From positions 1-44,713 of the IMG/VR virus record IMGVR_UViG_3300043414_001003: 44,713 nucleotides of DNA. The stretch is one strand, 5' to 3'. This document shows, piece by piece, positions 6,935 through 15,579 of this stretch (positions are counted from its first letter, which is position 1; each line of letters begins with the position of its first letter). The notes below the pieces were generated by a model, which was given only the letters and a program-made list of their open reading frames with translations, was not told where the DNA came from and ran no database searches. The stretch comes from a virus. Its lineage: Duplodnaviria > Caudoviricetes. The translations under genes were made by a program, and so were the position numbers.

Positions 6935-6987
6935 TACACACTATCTCTCCACTACGCAACTTTATAGCTGCTTCTTAATTAACCCTT

Positions 6988-7016
6988 AGTATAACAGAGT
7001 AGCCATTTACTGTCAA
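6988..7016 (-). promoter_or_regulatory. sigma70-type promoter, proximal to the tRNA operon
   Basis: TTGACA-17 nt-TATACT. Confidence 0.85.
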
Positions 7017-7044
7017 ACTCTGTTTTGTTGTTTTTATACAACAC

Positions 7045-7084
7045 AAAAACAAAAACCCCTGAGTACTTTCGTATCCCAGGGGTT
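7045..7084 (-). terminator. Intrinsic terminator (attenuator terminator)
   Basis: AACCCCTGGG-A-TAC-GAAA-GTA-CTCAGGGGTT followed by TTTGTTTTTG. Confidence 0.85.
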
Positions 7085-7110
7085 GAATAAATTTGTTATG
7101 ATGTAACTTG

Positions 7111-7245
7111 TTATTCCGTTCCCCGGGCACCTCTTTGGTTATCATTGCCGCGAATACTTGTAGGATATGATACCGCAAAGGCCGCTAAGGTCTCTATAGA
7201 CCATAGTCCCGTATGTTTCGGCATGTAACAAGTTTTATTCATCAT
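7111..7245 (-). CDS. Putative leader peptide (44 aa) of a translation-coupled attenuator
   Basis: Not in track. MMNKTCYMPKHTGLWSIETLAAFAVSYPTSIRGNDNQRGARGTE*; lies between promoters and a terminator; its last codons pair with the terminator 5' arm. Confidence 0.7.
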   Translation of the reverse strand: MMNKTCYMPKHTGLWSIETLAAFAVSYPTSIRGNDNQRGARGTE

Positions 7246-7252
7246 AGTACTT

Positions 7253-7258
7253 TATTTA
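7253..7258 (-). promoter_or_regulatory. Late promoter core TAAATA upstream of the leader ORF
   Basis: ACTAAATA-AAGTACT-ATG. Confidence 0.55.
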
Positions 7259-7312
7259 GTCCTGGTTAAAAATTACTGCAAATAACATAGTGTTTTTTGC
7301 GTTTATGTGTGT

Positions 7313-7341
7313 ATTATATAGCAGTTTTCAATAGAAGTCAA
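7313..7341 (-). promoter_or_regulatory. sigma70-type promoter upstream of the leader ORF
   Basis: TTGACT-17 nt-TATAAT. Confidence 0.85.
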
Positions 7342-7401
7342 CCGTCAGTTTACCCAAAAGTTTACATTTCACGTATGTATGCTCAAGCTAAATAACTGTC
7401 T

Positions 7402-8937
7402 ATGTATCATTGTTTATTGTTTAATGTCCATCGCCCCACAACTGGAAGTTGGGAAAGAAGTGCCGGAGTACATCGTATAGCAAATCATTTAAGAGAACAA
7501 GGATGGGATGCAGAGGTGATAGATTTTGCGTCTGCATGGAGTTATGCTCAACTAGAAGCATTAGCTAAATCTAGAATAACTTCAAACACAAAATTCTTTG
7601 GATTTTCTCACATGTTTCAAACAGGGGCGCCGGCCAGAAACTGGCCTATTACTATAGAAAAATTATGTGCTTATATTAAGCAAACATACCCTGACATAAT
7701 TATTATAACAGGTTCACAACATAAACCCAATTTTATGTCCGACCATATTGATTATTCAATCACAGGGTACGGAGAGTACGGGCTAGATGCATTACTAAAA
7801 TACAAATTTAGCAACGGACCAAGACCTAAATTTGATTTAATAAAAGGTGCATCTGGTCAAAAAATGATTCATTCATTAGAAAGTTATCCAGCACACCCAA
7901 TGCGTGAACCAACTGTAATATATGAGAATAGAGATTTCATTTATCCAGGCGAGTGGGGCTCTATTGAATTTAGTCGAGGTTGTAAGTTTTCTTGTTCTTT
8001 TTGTAATTTTCCTGTATTAGGTGTTAAAGGAGATTATACTAGAAGTGCCGAGGGTTTTAGAAATAATATCATGACCAACTATGATAAATTTGGCATAAAA
8101 AATTATATGGTTTCTGATGAAACGTTTAATGATAGCACTGAAAAAATTACCAAATTTGCCAATGTTGTAGAAAAATTGCCCTGGAGACCATATTTTACTG
8201 GCTTTCTTAGGGCTGACTTGTTAGTAAGCCGCGCAAAGGAAAAAGAAGAATTATTGCGTATGGGGTTTTTAGGACATTTTTACGGAATAGAAACTTTTAA
8301 TCATGCCACCGGGAAAATAATAGGAAAAGGAATGCATCCCGAAAAACTACAACAAGGGTTGCTTGATGTTAAAAAATATCTATCAGAAAACAGTAATGAT
8401 ACCTATAGAGGACAAATTAGCATAATATATGGATTACCATTAGAAACAAAACAATCACTCAAGCAAACTGAGCATTGGCTTTTAAATAATTGGCACACTG
8501 AGAGTCTAATCACATGGGGATTGGACTTAACAGACAATGATATTGGTACAAGTCATTCAAAACTTTCATTAAACTATGGAAAATATGGTTATAAAAAAGT
8601 TTCAGGTCCATATAGCTTTAAACAATTCAAGCAATCATTTTATAGTACACCCGGAGAAAATGTTAAAAAAGACAATGATGATAAAGAAGATGACGTAGTT
8701 AATTGGGAAAATGAGCACATGAATCTTGTGTATGCCATGGAGAATGCTAGAAATTTTAAATATAATTTTAAGCTAATTGGTGGCTTTCAATTAGGACAAA
8801 TCTTTATAAACAAAAATACCGGAGAATCCGCGACCATAGAAGAACGGCTTAAGATGGGCGGGCCAGACATAGACGGGGCATATACAGATTTTCCAAAATT
8901 TATAACCAATTATGTTAATAAAAAATTAAGTATTTGA
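7402..8937 (+). CDS. B12-binding-domain radical SAM protein (class B methyltransferase-like)
   Basis: N-terminal cobalamin-binding-like region, EFSRGCKFSCSFC, DETFN, GIET and YGLPLET. Confidence 0.88.
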   Translation: MYHCLLFNVHRPTTGSWERSAGVHRIANHLREQGWDAEVIDFASAWSYAQLEALAKSRITSNTKFFGFSHMFQTGAPARNWPITIEKLCAYIKQTYPDIIIITGSQHKPNFMSDHIDYSITGYGEYGLDALLKYKFSNGPRPKFDLIKGASGQKMIHSLESYPAHPMREPTVIYENRDFIYPGEWGSIEFSRGCKFSCSFCNFPVLGVKGDYTRSAEGFRNNIMTNYDKFGIKNYMVSDETFNDSTEKITKFANVVEKLPWRPYFTGFLRADLLVSRAKEKEELLRMGFLGHFYGIETFNHATGKIIGKGMHPEKLQQGLLDVKKYLSENSNDTYRGQISIIYGLPLETKQSLKQTEHWLLNNWHTESLITWGLDLTDNDIGTSHSKLSLNYGKYGYKKVSGPYSFKQFKQSFYSTPGENVKKDNDDKEDDVVNWENEHMNLVYAMENARNFKYNFKLIGGFQLGQIFINKNTGESATIEERLKMGGPDIDGAYTDFPKFITNYVNKKLSI

Positions 8938-9888
8938 TTCAGTCTCAATCTTAGTTCTAATTTTTTTAAGTTCATCATATATTTTTGCGCCTAGCTTCTC
9001 GCTAGTTATTCTATGATGATGAAATGGGCCAGCGCCGTGAGCATGGAACGGATCCATCCAAATGTCCTCTTGGTCTAATGTAACAAATGGAATCTTTGTT
9101 CTGTAGTGAGTTTTGAATCCTTTTGTACCCAAGTTTGCTAAACGTCTGATGTGTTTAATGTCAGTAGGATCGACCATGATTTTGGTTGGTTTATAAAAGG
9201 GAATCCAGTCTGTGCGTGGTTGTAGTGTAGGAAGTTTTACTATGTTTTTAGTATCAGTGTAGGAAAATTCTGTTAGTAGTGTGTCTACTAATATGCATCT
9301 ATCACCAAATATAGCAATTAATTCTTTAGTAAATTGCTTGAAAAAGTCAATATTTTGTCCAATAACTTCAGCTTGGTCAAAACATCTATGATGTTGAGTT
9401 TTAATTAATTCGTCTGCTAACCAACTAAACGGAGAGTTTGGGTTCTTTAGTAGCTTTATCATGGGAGGAACAATAGTAAATGCTTCATTACTAGTCACAT
9501 ATTTTGTGTATAATTCTGCGCTAAAGTTACATACTAATATATCATTGGGGCCGGCGTTTTCTTGGTAGAATTTAATATAAGGAAATTTTACAATTTCATG
9601 ATATATCCAATAATGATCTATTAATGGCGGACGGTGTCTGATAGAATACATTGTATCAAACACTCGGTTTGCAATTGAGTTTGGTGGGGTATAGTATGAC
9701 AATAAACTAGGTGACCTAATTGGCAATTTACCTACATTAAAGTCCAGATCATATGGTCTATCATTGTAATAATATTTGTCTATGTCAAATTCGCGGCGAA
9801 TTGGTGATATATCGACGGCATCCCAAACATCACACGATCCAAAAACAAAAATTTTAGATTTGGGTACAGTATTACTAGCTAATTCCAT
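8926..9888 (-). CDS. Hypothetical protein, SGNH-like
   Basis: N-terminal IFVFGSCDVWD and C-terminal HxxGxGPFHH, as in SGNH-like DUF6270-type proteins. Confidence 0.5.
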   Translation of the reverse strand: MELASNTVPKSKIFVFGSCDVWDAVDISPIRREFDIDKYYYNDRPYDLDFNVGKLPIRSPSLLSYYTPPNSIANRVFDTMYSIRHRPPLIDHYWIYHEIVKFPYIKFYQENAGPNDILVCNFSAELYTKYVTSNEAFTIVPPMIKLLKNPNSPFSWLADELIKTQHHRCFDQAEVIGQNIDFFKQFTKELIAIFGDRCILVDTLLTEFSYTDTKNIVKLPTLQPRTDWIPFYKPTKIMVDPTDIKHIRRLANLGTKGFKTHYRTKIPFVTLDQEDIWMDPFHAHGAGPFHHHRITSEKLGAKIYDELKKIRTKIETESNT

Positions 9889-9954
9889 GTCGTATTTATG
9901 TTATTTTAGCATTACTATTAAAAAATGATAAATACTAGTTTAAGGAGATCCATC

Positions 9955-10392
9955 ATGATGGATGAACAGGTTTTTAACCAAATGATAGCTTTTGCCCGAG
10001 AATTTAAAGATAATATAAATAACGTAGAAGTAGGAGTGACCCCAGCTGAACTTTCAGAAAAATTTATATATTCAAATATCAATAATACCGGCGATTTATG
10101 GCAATCACTTTTTTTAATCGCAGATGAATTAAAATCAATATTAGAGTTATATGACAATTCGGAATCAGGATTTTTCTTAGCATTATCTGATGAAAAAAAA
10201 GAAGAAATATTTACATCATTGGTATACTTATCAAATAGCAAGCTGAACATATTAAACCGAATAAAAAATGTAATGTTGGATGGCATTAATAACACAAATT
10301 TTCCGGGCATGGAGAAAGATATAGAGATTACCGGCAGACTGACTCAATATTTAATTGATAATAATTTGTACACTGCCAGCGTCACCGCATAA
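9955..10392 (+). CDS. Hypothetical protein
   Basis: Track ORF 9925..10392; start moved to the ATG at 9955 (or 9958) after SD AAGGAG and TAAATA at 9929. Confidence 0.7.
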   Translation: MMDEQVFNQMIAFAREFKDNINNVEVGVTPAELSEKFIYSNINNTGDLWQSLFLIADELKSILELYDNSESGFFLALSDEKKEEIFTSLVYLSNSKLNILNRIKNVMLDGINNTNFPGMEKDIEITGRLTQYLIDNNLYTASVTA

Positions 10393-10422
10393 ATTAAAGA
10401 GAACATTAAAAGGAAATAAATT

Positions 10423-10737
10423 ATGTATTCAGTAACAATTACTCACAATAGACCAAACACCGACACCCCATGGTTTTGGGAAACAGACTTAGCTGATCAT
10501 GTAACTTATCAAGCTAAATTAGATAGTTATTATAACGGGTATATTACTACATCCAAACGAGATATTTCAGATGATGGATTAACTGTAACTAATATTAATT
10601 CGTCGGAAAATAGCGATATTTATTATGATTGCAAAAAAAGGGGAGATGCTGATCCGGAATTAATAAAATATTGGTTAGAGCGTGATAATTATAATTTCGA
10701 TAATAATATTTTTAGATACATACAGTCTCTTGATTAA
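10423..10737 (+). CDS. Hypothetical protein
   Basis: 104 aa ORF with SD AAGGA; phage-typical composition. Confidence 0.75.
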   Translation: MYSVTITHNRPNTDTPWFWETDLADHVTYQAKLDSYYNGYITTSKRDISDDGLTVTNINSSENSDIYYDCKKRGDADPELIKYWLERDNYNFDNNIFRYIQSLD

Positions 10738-11338
10738 TTAAATTTGAAAAACTTTGGTTAGTCAATTCACTCACTAATGTTTCAAAATCAGGGAACCCTT
10801 CAAATTTAGTCTGTAATATGATTCTATTTGAAGGGCCAGTACATTTGGAAGCATGATATACATCTGTGTTTACTATGTACACATCTCCTTCACTTACTCT
10901 TGATTCTTCAATATGATCTATTGATTCATAATCATCAATATCAACATGTCTGGTCAATGAGCCAGAATAGCCATAGTTTGCCAATGTCTCTTTACCTAAC
11001 TTAGTGACAGTTTCTTCATCATACCATCTTAACCAATCACCCGGATTACATTGTATTGCAATATTAAGTGCTGCTTTACATCTAGTGCCATCTTTATGAA
11101 TTCGTAGTCCTCCTCCGGGAGCCATGACAAAACCTTTTTGTATATAACGCTGTTGTTCTTTCCAATACTGTACTTTTAATTCAGGATTGCTAAATATTTC
11201 TAGGTACTTCTTATTTAAGAATTCATCAAACTGCACGTGTCCATTATCTAAAGTATCCATTCTTTTTAGTATTTCTTCTCTAAAAAAAGAAATAGTCTCG
11301 GGTGGCAATTTGCCTAAATGATGATAATGGTTGCTCAT
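10712..11338 (-). CDS. 2OG/Fe(II) oxygenase-like protein
   Basis: PGGGLRIHKD...AALNIAI and distal YHASKC...NRIILQ. Confidence 0.65.
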   Translation of the reverse strand: MSNHYHHLGKLPPETISFFREEILKRMDTLDNGHVQFDEFLNKKYLEIFSNPELKVQYWKEQQRYIQKGFVMAPGGGLRIHKDGTRCKAALNIAIQCNPGDWLRWYDEETVTKLGKETLANYGYSGSLTRHVDIDDYESIDHIEESRVSEGDVYIVNTDVYHASKCTGPSNRIILQTKFEGFPDFETLVSELTNQSFSNLINQETVCI

Positions 11339-11358
11339 AATGTATTAATCTTTAATCA

Positions 11359-11375
11359 TATTTAGCGAATAAATA
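11359..11375. promoter_or_regulatory. Back-to-back late promoters
   Basis: TATTTA-GCGAA-TAAATA between divergent genes. Confidence 0.6.
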
Positions 11376-11380
11376 TCATT

Positions 11381-12319
11381 ATGATGAAAACCCCAGCTAA
11401 AATAGATTTGACAGATATCAATATTGTTACATTAAAAAAAGCAAACGATCCTAGTCTATTTGTATTTTGGGTATTAGGGAATCAATGTACATATTCTTGT
11501 AGCTATTGTCCTGAACGGTTTCATTCTGGTACCTTTAAATATCAACCCACTGAAAAAATACAAAAGTTATTAAAAACTCTCCCTCCTGCTGATGTAATGT
11601 TTAGCGGGGGCGAGGCAACATACCATCCAGACTTTGAAAAAATTGTTTTAGAGAAACCTGATCACATCAAACTAAGTGTAATCAGTAACGCATCTAGACC
11701 AATTGGTTTTTGGGAAAGAATAACAGAAAAACTACATTGCGTAATATTAACATTCCATTCAGAGTTTGCTAACCTAGATAGATTCTTGGCCACTGCTAAT
11801 CTAGTATACAAGGAACACAAACGTTACGGTAGAGTTAATTTAACAATGATACCAGAAAAATGGGACTATTGTATAAATGTTTACAATACGTTAATTGAAA
11901 ACAAAATCCCAGTCATAGCTAAACCATTAGTTGAAAACTTTGGGTCCGGCTCAACTGGATTATTATCCGGCTATACAAGTGAACAACTGAAATGGATTTC
12001 AGAAGTTAGTAGCGAAGGTGAAATAAATGATATCATGTTGCTAGATAAGGATAACAATGTCATTCATAATACTAGCGCACCGGAATTATTAAGTTCACAC
12101 AATACTGACTTCAGAGAATGGGAATGTCATACCAATACTAGTAGAATGTATGTTGATATGGATGGCTCAATCTTTGATACCGTTTGTAAACAACGAACAC
12201 AGACTGGAAGCATATACACCGGGTACACGTTGCCAACTGAACCAATGATATGTAAACAAAACTTCTGCTGGTGTCATTCTGATATCAATGCTAAAAAGAT
12301 AAAGATAACTCCTATATGA
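11381..12319 (+). CDS. Radical SAM protein with C-terminal Cys-rich (SPASM-like) region
   Basis: CTYSCSYC and SGGE motifs; C-terminal WEC...VC...ICKQNFCWC. Confidence 0.9.
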   Translation: MMKTPAKIDLTDINIVTLKKANDPSLFVFWVLGNQCTYSCSYCPERFHSGTFKYQPTEKIQKLLKTLPPADVMFSGGEATYHPDFEKIVLEKPDHIKLSVISNASRPIGFWERITEKLHCVILTFHSEFANLDRFLATANLVYKEHKRYGRVNLTMIPEKWDYCINVYNTLIENKIPVIAKPLVENFGSGSTGLLSGYTSEQLKWISEVSSEGEINDIMLLDKDNNVIHNTSAPELLSSHNTDFREWECHTNTSRMYVDMDGSIFDTVCKQRTQTGSIYTGYTLPTEPMICKQNFCWCHSDINAKKIKITPI

Positions 12320-12822
12320 CAAATTACAAATTAACTGAAGCAGATTTGTTATTAAAAAGAATGATGTTATTAGAAGAACATGCCAAACCACACTATCCTT
12401 CAACTAGCAAAATGTCAGTTACTGGCGGTCTAAAAGAATTAACCAGTGTTTGGTTAGCTAGAGATTGTAACCCTGTTACAGGCACCCCTCTTCCTAAATT
12501 TCGCAGAGATGAAATATCATACTTAGCTGAAGCTGCTAAATTATTAAACAAAACGGTTGATGATATACATTATGCTTACTACGCAATATTGCCACCAGAC
12601 AGTCAGATTTACCCGCACACTGATGTTGCTCCCTACTATCATTCTGTTAATAGATATCAAGTGTTTTTCAACCTAACTGAAGATAACATTGTCATTCAAG
12701 AAGGCAATCTTACAGAAAGCAATAGTGTAGTTTGGTTTGATGCGTCAAAATTACACGCTTTTAAGAACCTATCCAAGACAGATAGCTGGCGCTTTATTGT
12801 GTTTGATATTTACAAAGATTAA
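12316..12822 (+). CDS. Asp/Asn beta-hydroxylase-like 2OG/Fe(II) oxygenase
   Basis: LPPDSQIYPHTD and WFDASKLHAFKN...R. Confidence 0.7.
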   Translation: MTNYKLTEADLLLKRMMLLEEHAKPHYPSTSKMSVTGGLKELTSVWLARDCNPVTGTPLPKFRRDEISYLAEAAKLLNKTVDDIHYAYYAILPPDSQIYPHTDVAPYYHSVNRYQVFFNLTEDNIVIQEGNLTESNSVVWFDASKLHAFKNLSKTDSWRFIVFDIYKD

Positions 12823-13604
12823 TGTAGCAACGGCAAGAAGATTCTACACGGATCATATTCCCACCATTTTCCGCTTACGCTAGTTCCAAAGTCAAACGAT
12901 TTAGGGTCGTGGTGGTGATTGTTGTGCCAGCCTTGTCCCCAAGCAAAGTATCCTAGAAACATATTATTTTGCGAGTTATCATCTAATTCAAAATTTCTGT
13001 ATCCTATCAAACCTTTACTGTGACCGTATACGTTAACTAGATTATCCTGAATTACCCCAATCATTGCTACCAAACAAAATGCGCTTAGTGCTAATTGCCA
13101 ATTTAACAATGCTATTACTAAGGGAACGCCCCACAACACTTTTAAATGATGATGATGGAACCAAACATGGTTGGGCTTTCTTAATAAGTCCACTGCATAC
13201 TTAATGTTAACTGGGTTGTTTGCTTCCGTGACTTTATACTGCCACCCAATGAACGCATTAACCTTACCATATATAGGACTATGTATATCTTTTTCTTTAT
13301 CGGAGTGCGGGTGATGATACCCTCTATGTAGTGCTACCCAGAATATGCTAGCACCTTGTCCAGACAATGTACCGAGGAATAATAAAATGTTTTCTTTCCA
13401 TTTGGGCAATGTATGTGTCTTATGACTGAATACTCTATGATATCCTACTGCCACACCCAACCCACATGCCAATATCCACATTATAAAAGTAAACCAAAGA
13501 TAGTATAGTGGTATTAGTCCCAAAACAAAACACGCAATAGTTATTGATCCTAATATTATTGCGGGTATAAATTGAAACCAAAAAGATTTAGATATGTTTT
13601 TCAT
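12819..13604 (-). CDS. Membrane fatty-acid desaturase (delta-9 type)
   Basis: Three His boxes (HRVFSH, HRGYHH, GWHNNHH) and hydrophobic segments. Confidence 0.92.
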   Translation of the reverse strand: MKNISKSFWFQFIPAIILGSITIACFVLGLIPLYYLWFTFIMWILACGLGVAVGYHRVFSHKTHTLPKWKENILLFLGTLSGQGASIFWVALHRGYHHPHSDKEKDIHSPIYGKVNAFIGWQYKVTEANNPVNIKYAVDLLRKPNHVWFHHHHLKVLWGVPLVIALLNWQLALSAFCLVAMIGVIQDNLVNVYGHSKGLIGYRNFELDDNSQNNMFLGYFAWGQGWHNNHHHDPKSFDFGTSVSGKWWEYDPCRIFLPLLH

Positions 13605-14113
13605 ATGCGGTGTTCTTGTTTAAGATAATAACATCTAATAATTGCGTCGGTGCTTAAAAAGCTACGATTGAATAATACTTCCCAATGATTAGTATAACTA
13701 CATCTAGTTAAGCTAGGAACGAATAACTCATTCACATAAGAATATCGTTCATTTTGATATTTATCCCACAATGATCCTAAGGAATTAAGAGTATAAAACT
13801 TTAATCTTTTATTGTTTTCGTTGTGAAAAATAACCCGATCTAGTAATAGCATGATATCATCATAATCAATTCCCAAATATGAAGTACAGTACCAAGCAGG
13901 ATCCTCATCACTTTCATAGAATGATATTACTGCTTTCAATTCATCATTGATGAAGTACCCATATGCGTGAAAATTATTTAAATTAGTTAAATATATACCA
14001 TTAAACATTTCAAAACTCAATGGATTTGTACTTTTTAATGTGCCTATGTCCATCAATTCTTTTACAACAGTTTGATGTTCCGGTAATAATTTAATTATCA
14101 TATTGATCTCCAA
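13601..14113 (-). CDS. Hypothetical protein, possibly GNAT-fold
   Basis: Translationally coupled ORF; HAYGYFINDELKAVI resembles GNAT strands. Confidence 0.5.
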   Translation of the reverse strand: MEINMIIKLLPEHQTVVKELMDIGTLKSTNPLSFEMFNGIYLTNLNNFHAYGYFINDELKAVISFYESDEDPAWYCTSYLGIDYDDIMLLLDRVIFHNENNKRLKFYTLNSLGSLWDKYQNERYSYVNELFVPSLTRCSYTNHWEVLFNRSFLSTDAIIRCYYLKQEHRI

Positions 14114-15005
14114 ATAGTTGTTTATTCAAATCTTCTATATAAATTCCATCTAAACTGTATTCTAGTCTTTTAGTGTGGCTACGATAAAGACTATTGTAAG
14201 ATTCTATGTTTAACCCCATTAGTCGTTCATACCCATGTGTTTTAGTTTTTTCTATTAGTGTTGGCATCAATGATTTTAGTACTTGATTCTTTGTGCTTAC
14301 ACTAGATAACTTATGCGGTATCTTGTTACTAATAAGGTCTTGTATAACTGGTTCGTTTAAATAATAGCCCATCATTTCGGGAGTATAACTAAACCATTCG
14401 TTGACTAATGGAATATCATATTTCATACTAAATCTAATTGCGCTGGCATCTTCGTTTTCTCTAAAGCAATAGTACCAATTATTATTTGTTTGTCGCAGTA
14501 GCATTTCACCACCCATTATAGCAGGCGCTTGTAATTTTAGTATATGATGATAGACAGTTAAGTACGCTATTTGTCTACAATGAATGGCTGAAGCAAACTC
14601 AAATGCTTGTCCACTTTTATAGAAGTCAACTACATCAAATTCAATTACCTCTAAACTAAGTCCTAAATCTGTAGTTATTTTCTGTGCGATAATCAAGTCA
14701 TTGATATTATAGTCGTTAGCAAACTTAATAAAAACTAGTCTAGGTTTAATTCCTATATCGTTGAATGCTCTTACTACAATTTCGCTATCAGTTCCACCAC
14801 TGAACAATATAATCAAATCTTTGCCAAAATCTTTGTATATTAAGTCAGCGGTACGATATTGTTCTTGTAGCCAATTGCTAGTTTTATAATAATCTAAGTC
14901 AATGGAACCCACATTTACTTTAAATTTGTCATGTGTGGTTCGTCTATAACCAAATGTTCTGTTATCTATACTATATGTAAGATGATTGTTATGTGTGAAA
15001 TTCAT
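14091..15005 (-). CDS. PP-loop (adenine nucleotide alpha hydrolase) protein
   Basis: ILFSGGTDSE PP-loop motif. Confidence 0.7.
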   Translation of the reverse strand: MNFTHNNHLTYSIDNRTFGYRRTTHDKFKVNVGSIDLDYYKTSNWLQEQYRTADLIYKDFGKDLIILFSGGTDSEIVVRAFNDIGIKPRLVFIKFANDYNINDLIIAQKITTDLGLSLEVIEFDVVDFYKSGQAFEFASAIHCRQIAYLTVYHHILKLQAPAIMGGEMLLRQTNNNWYYCFRENEDASAIRFSMKYDIPLVNEWFSYTPEMMGYYLNEPVIQDLISNKIPHKLSSVSTKNQVLKSLMPTLIEKTKTHGYERLMGLNIESYNSLYRSHTKRLEYSLDGIYIEDLNKQLFGDQYDN

Positions 15006-15550
15006 ACATCATCCTTGTATTCGGCTACATATTGCTCAGTGTAGTATACTTCTTTCTTGCCGATTGGTTTAAATTTTTTGTAGATTGCTGGCCAGTTATT
15101 AAACAACCCAGATGTTTTACCAGAGGCGCTTCTTACAAACCATTGATAAATGCTATCATTATAGTCATTACAAGTTATCCATCGTTTGTCGTACTTACTA
15201 GTTTCTTCTATAGCAGCAGGCAATATATAATGACCCATATAATATTTTGTTCTATGTTTTGGATTAACATATGCTCTGGTTATCATTAATGCTACATTAG
15301 TATCTAATTCATATTCATTCCATCCGGCAGAGCATATGAATTCTCCATCTTCTTCTATAACAGAATACTTACCGAAGCCCTCACGGTATCTTCCCTCTTC
15401 TAATATATAGAATAAGTTACCCGGAACATTACTATAGTCCGGGTGATAGTTTTTAATAATAGTATTATCCGTTATTTGTTCTAAAGCTGATGTAAGTAAA
15501 TTTACAGCTTGTTTGTTATTGGTCAAAGAATGGACAGAATGTATTATCAT
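15002..15550 (-). CDS. GNAT-family acyltransferase-like protein
   Basis: FICSAGW...TRAYVNPKHRTKYYMG resembles GNAT motif A. Confidence 0.6.
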   Translation of the reverse strand: MIIHSVHSLTNNKQAVNLLTSALEQITDNTIIKNYHPDYSNVPGNLFYILEEGRYREGFGKYSVIEEDGEFICSAGWNEYELDTNVALMITRAYVNPKHRTKYYMGHYILPAAIEETSKYDKRWITCNDYNDSIYQWFVRSASGKTSGLFNNWPAIYKKFKPIGKKEVYYTEQYVAEYKDDV

Positions 15551-15558
15551 GTGAGTTA

Positions 15559-15575
15559 TATTTAGCAGCTAAATA
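15559..15575. promoter_or_regulatory. Palindromic back-to-back late promoters
   Basis: Perfect inverted repeat TATTTAGC-A-GCTAAATA in the 29-bp gap between divergent genes. Confidence 0.65.
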
Positions 15576-15579
15576 GCAG

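Noticed and set aside
6975-7178. 67-aa minus-strand ORF from the track
   Set aside because: It has a weak start and runs through the terminator and promoter; the 44-codon ATG ORF in another frame fits the signals better.
3100-7400. CRISPR array or tmRNA in the non-coding region
   Set aside because: No regularly spaced identical repeats and no tmRNA-type termini or tag frame were recognised.
9918-10310. 130-aa minus-strand ORF
   Set aside because: Antisense to a gene with a clear SD and promoter.
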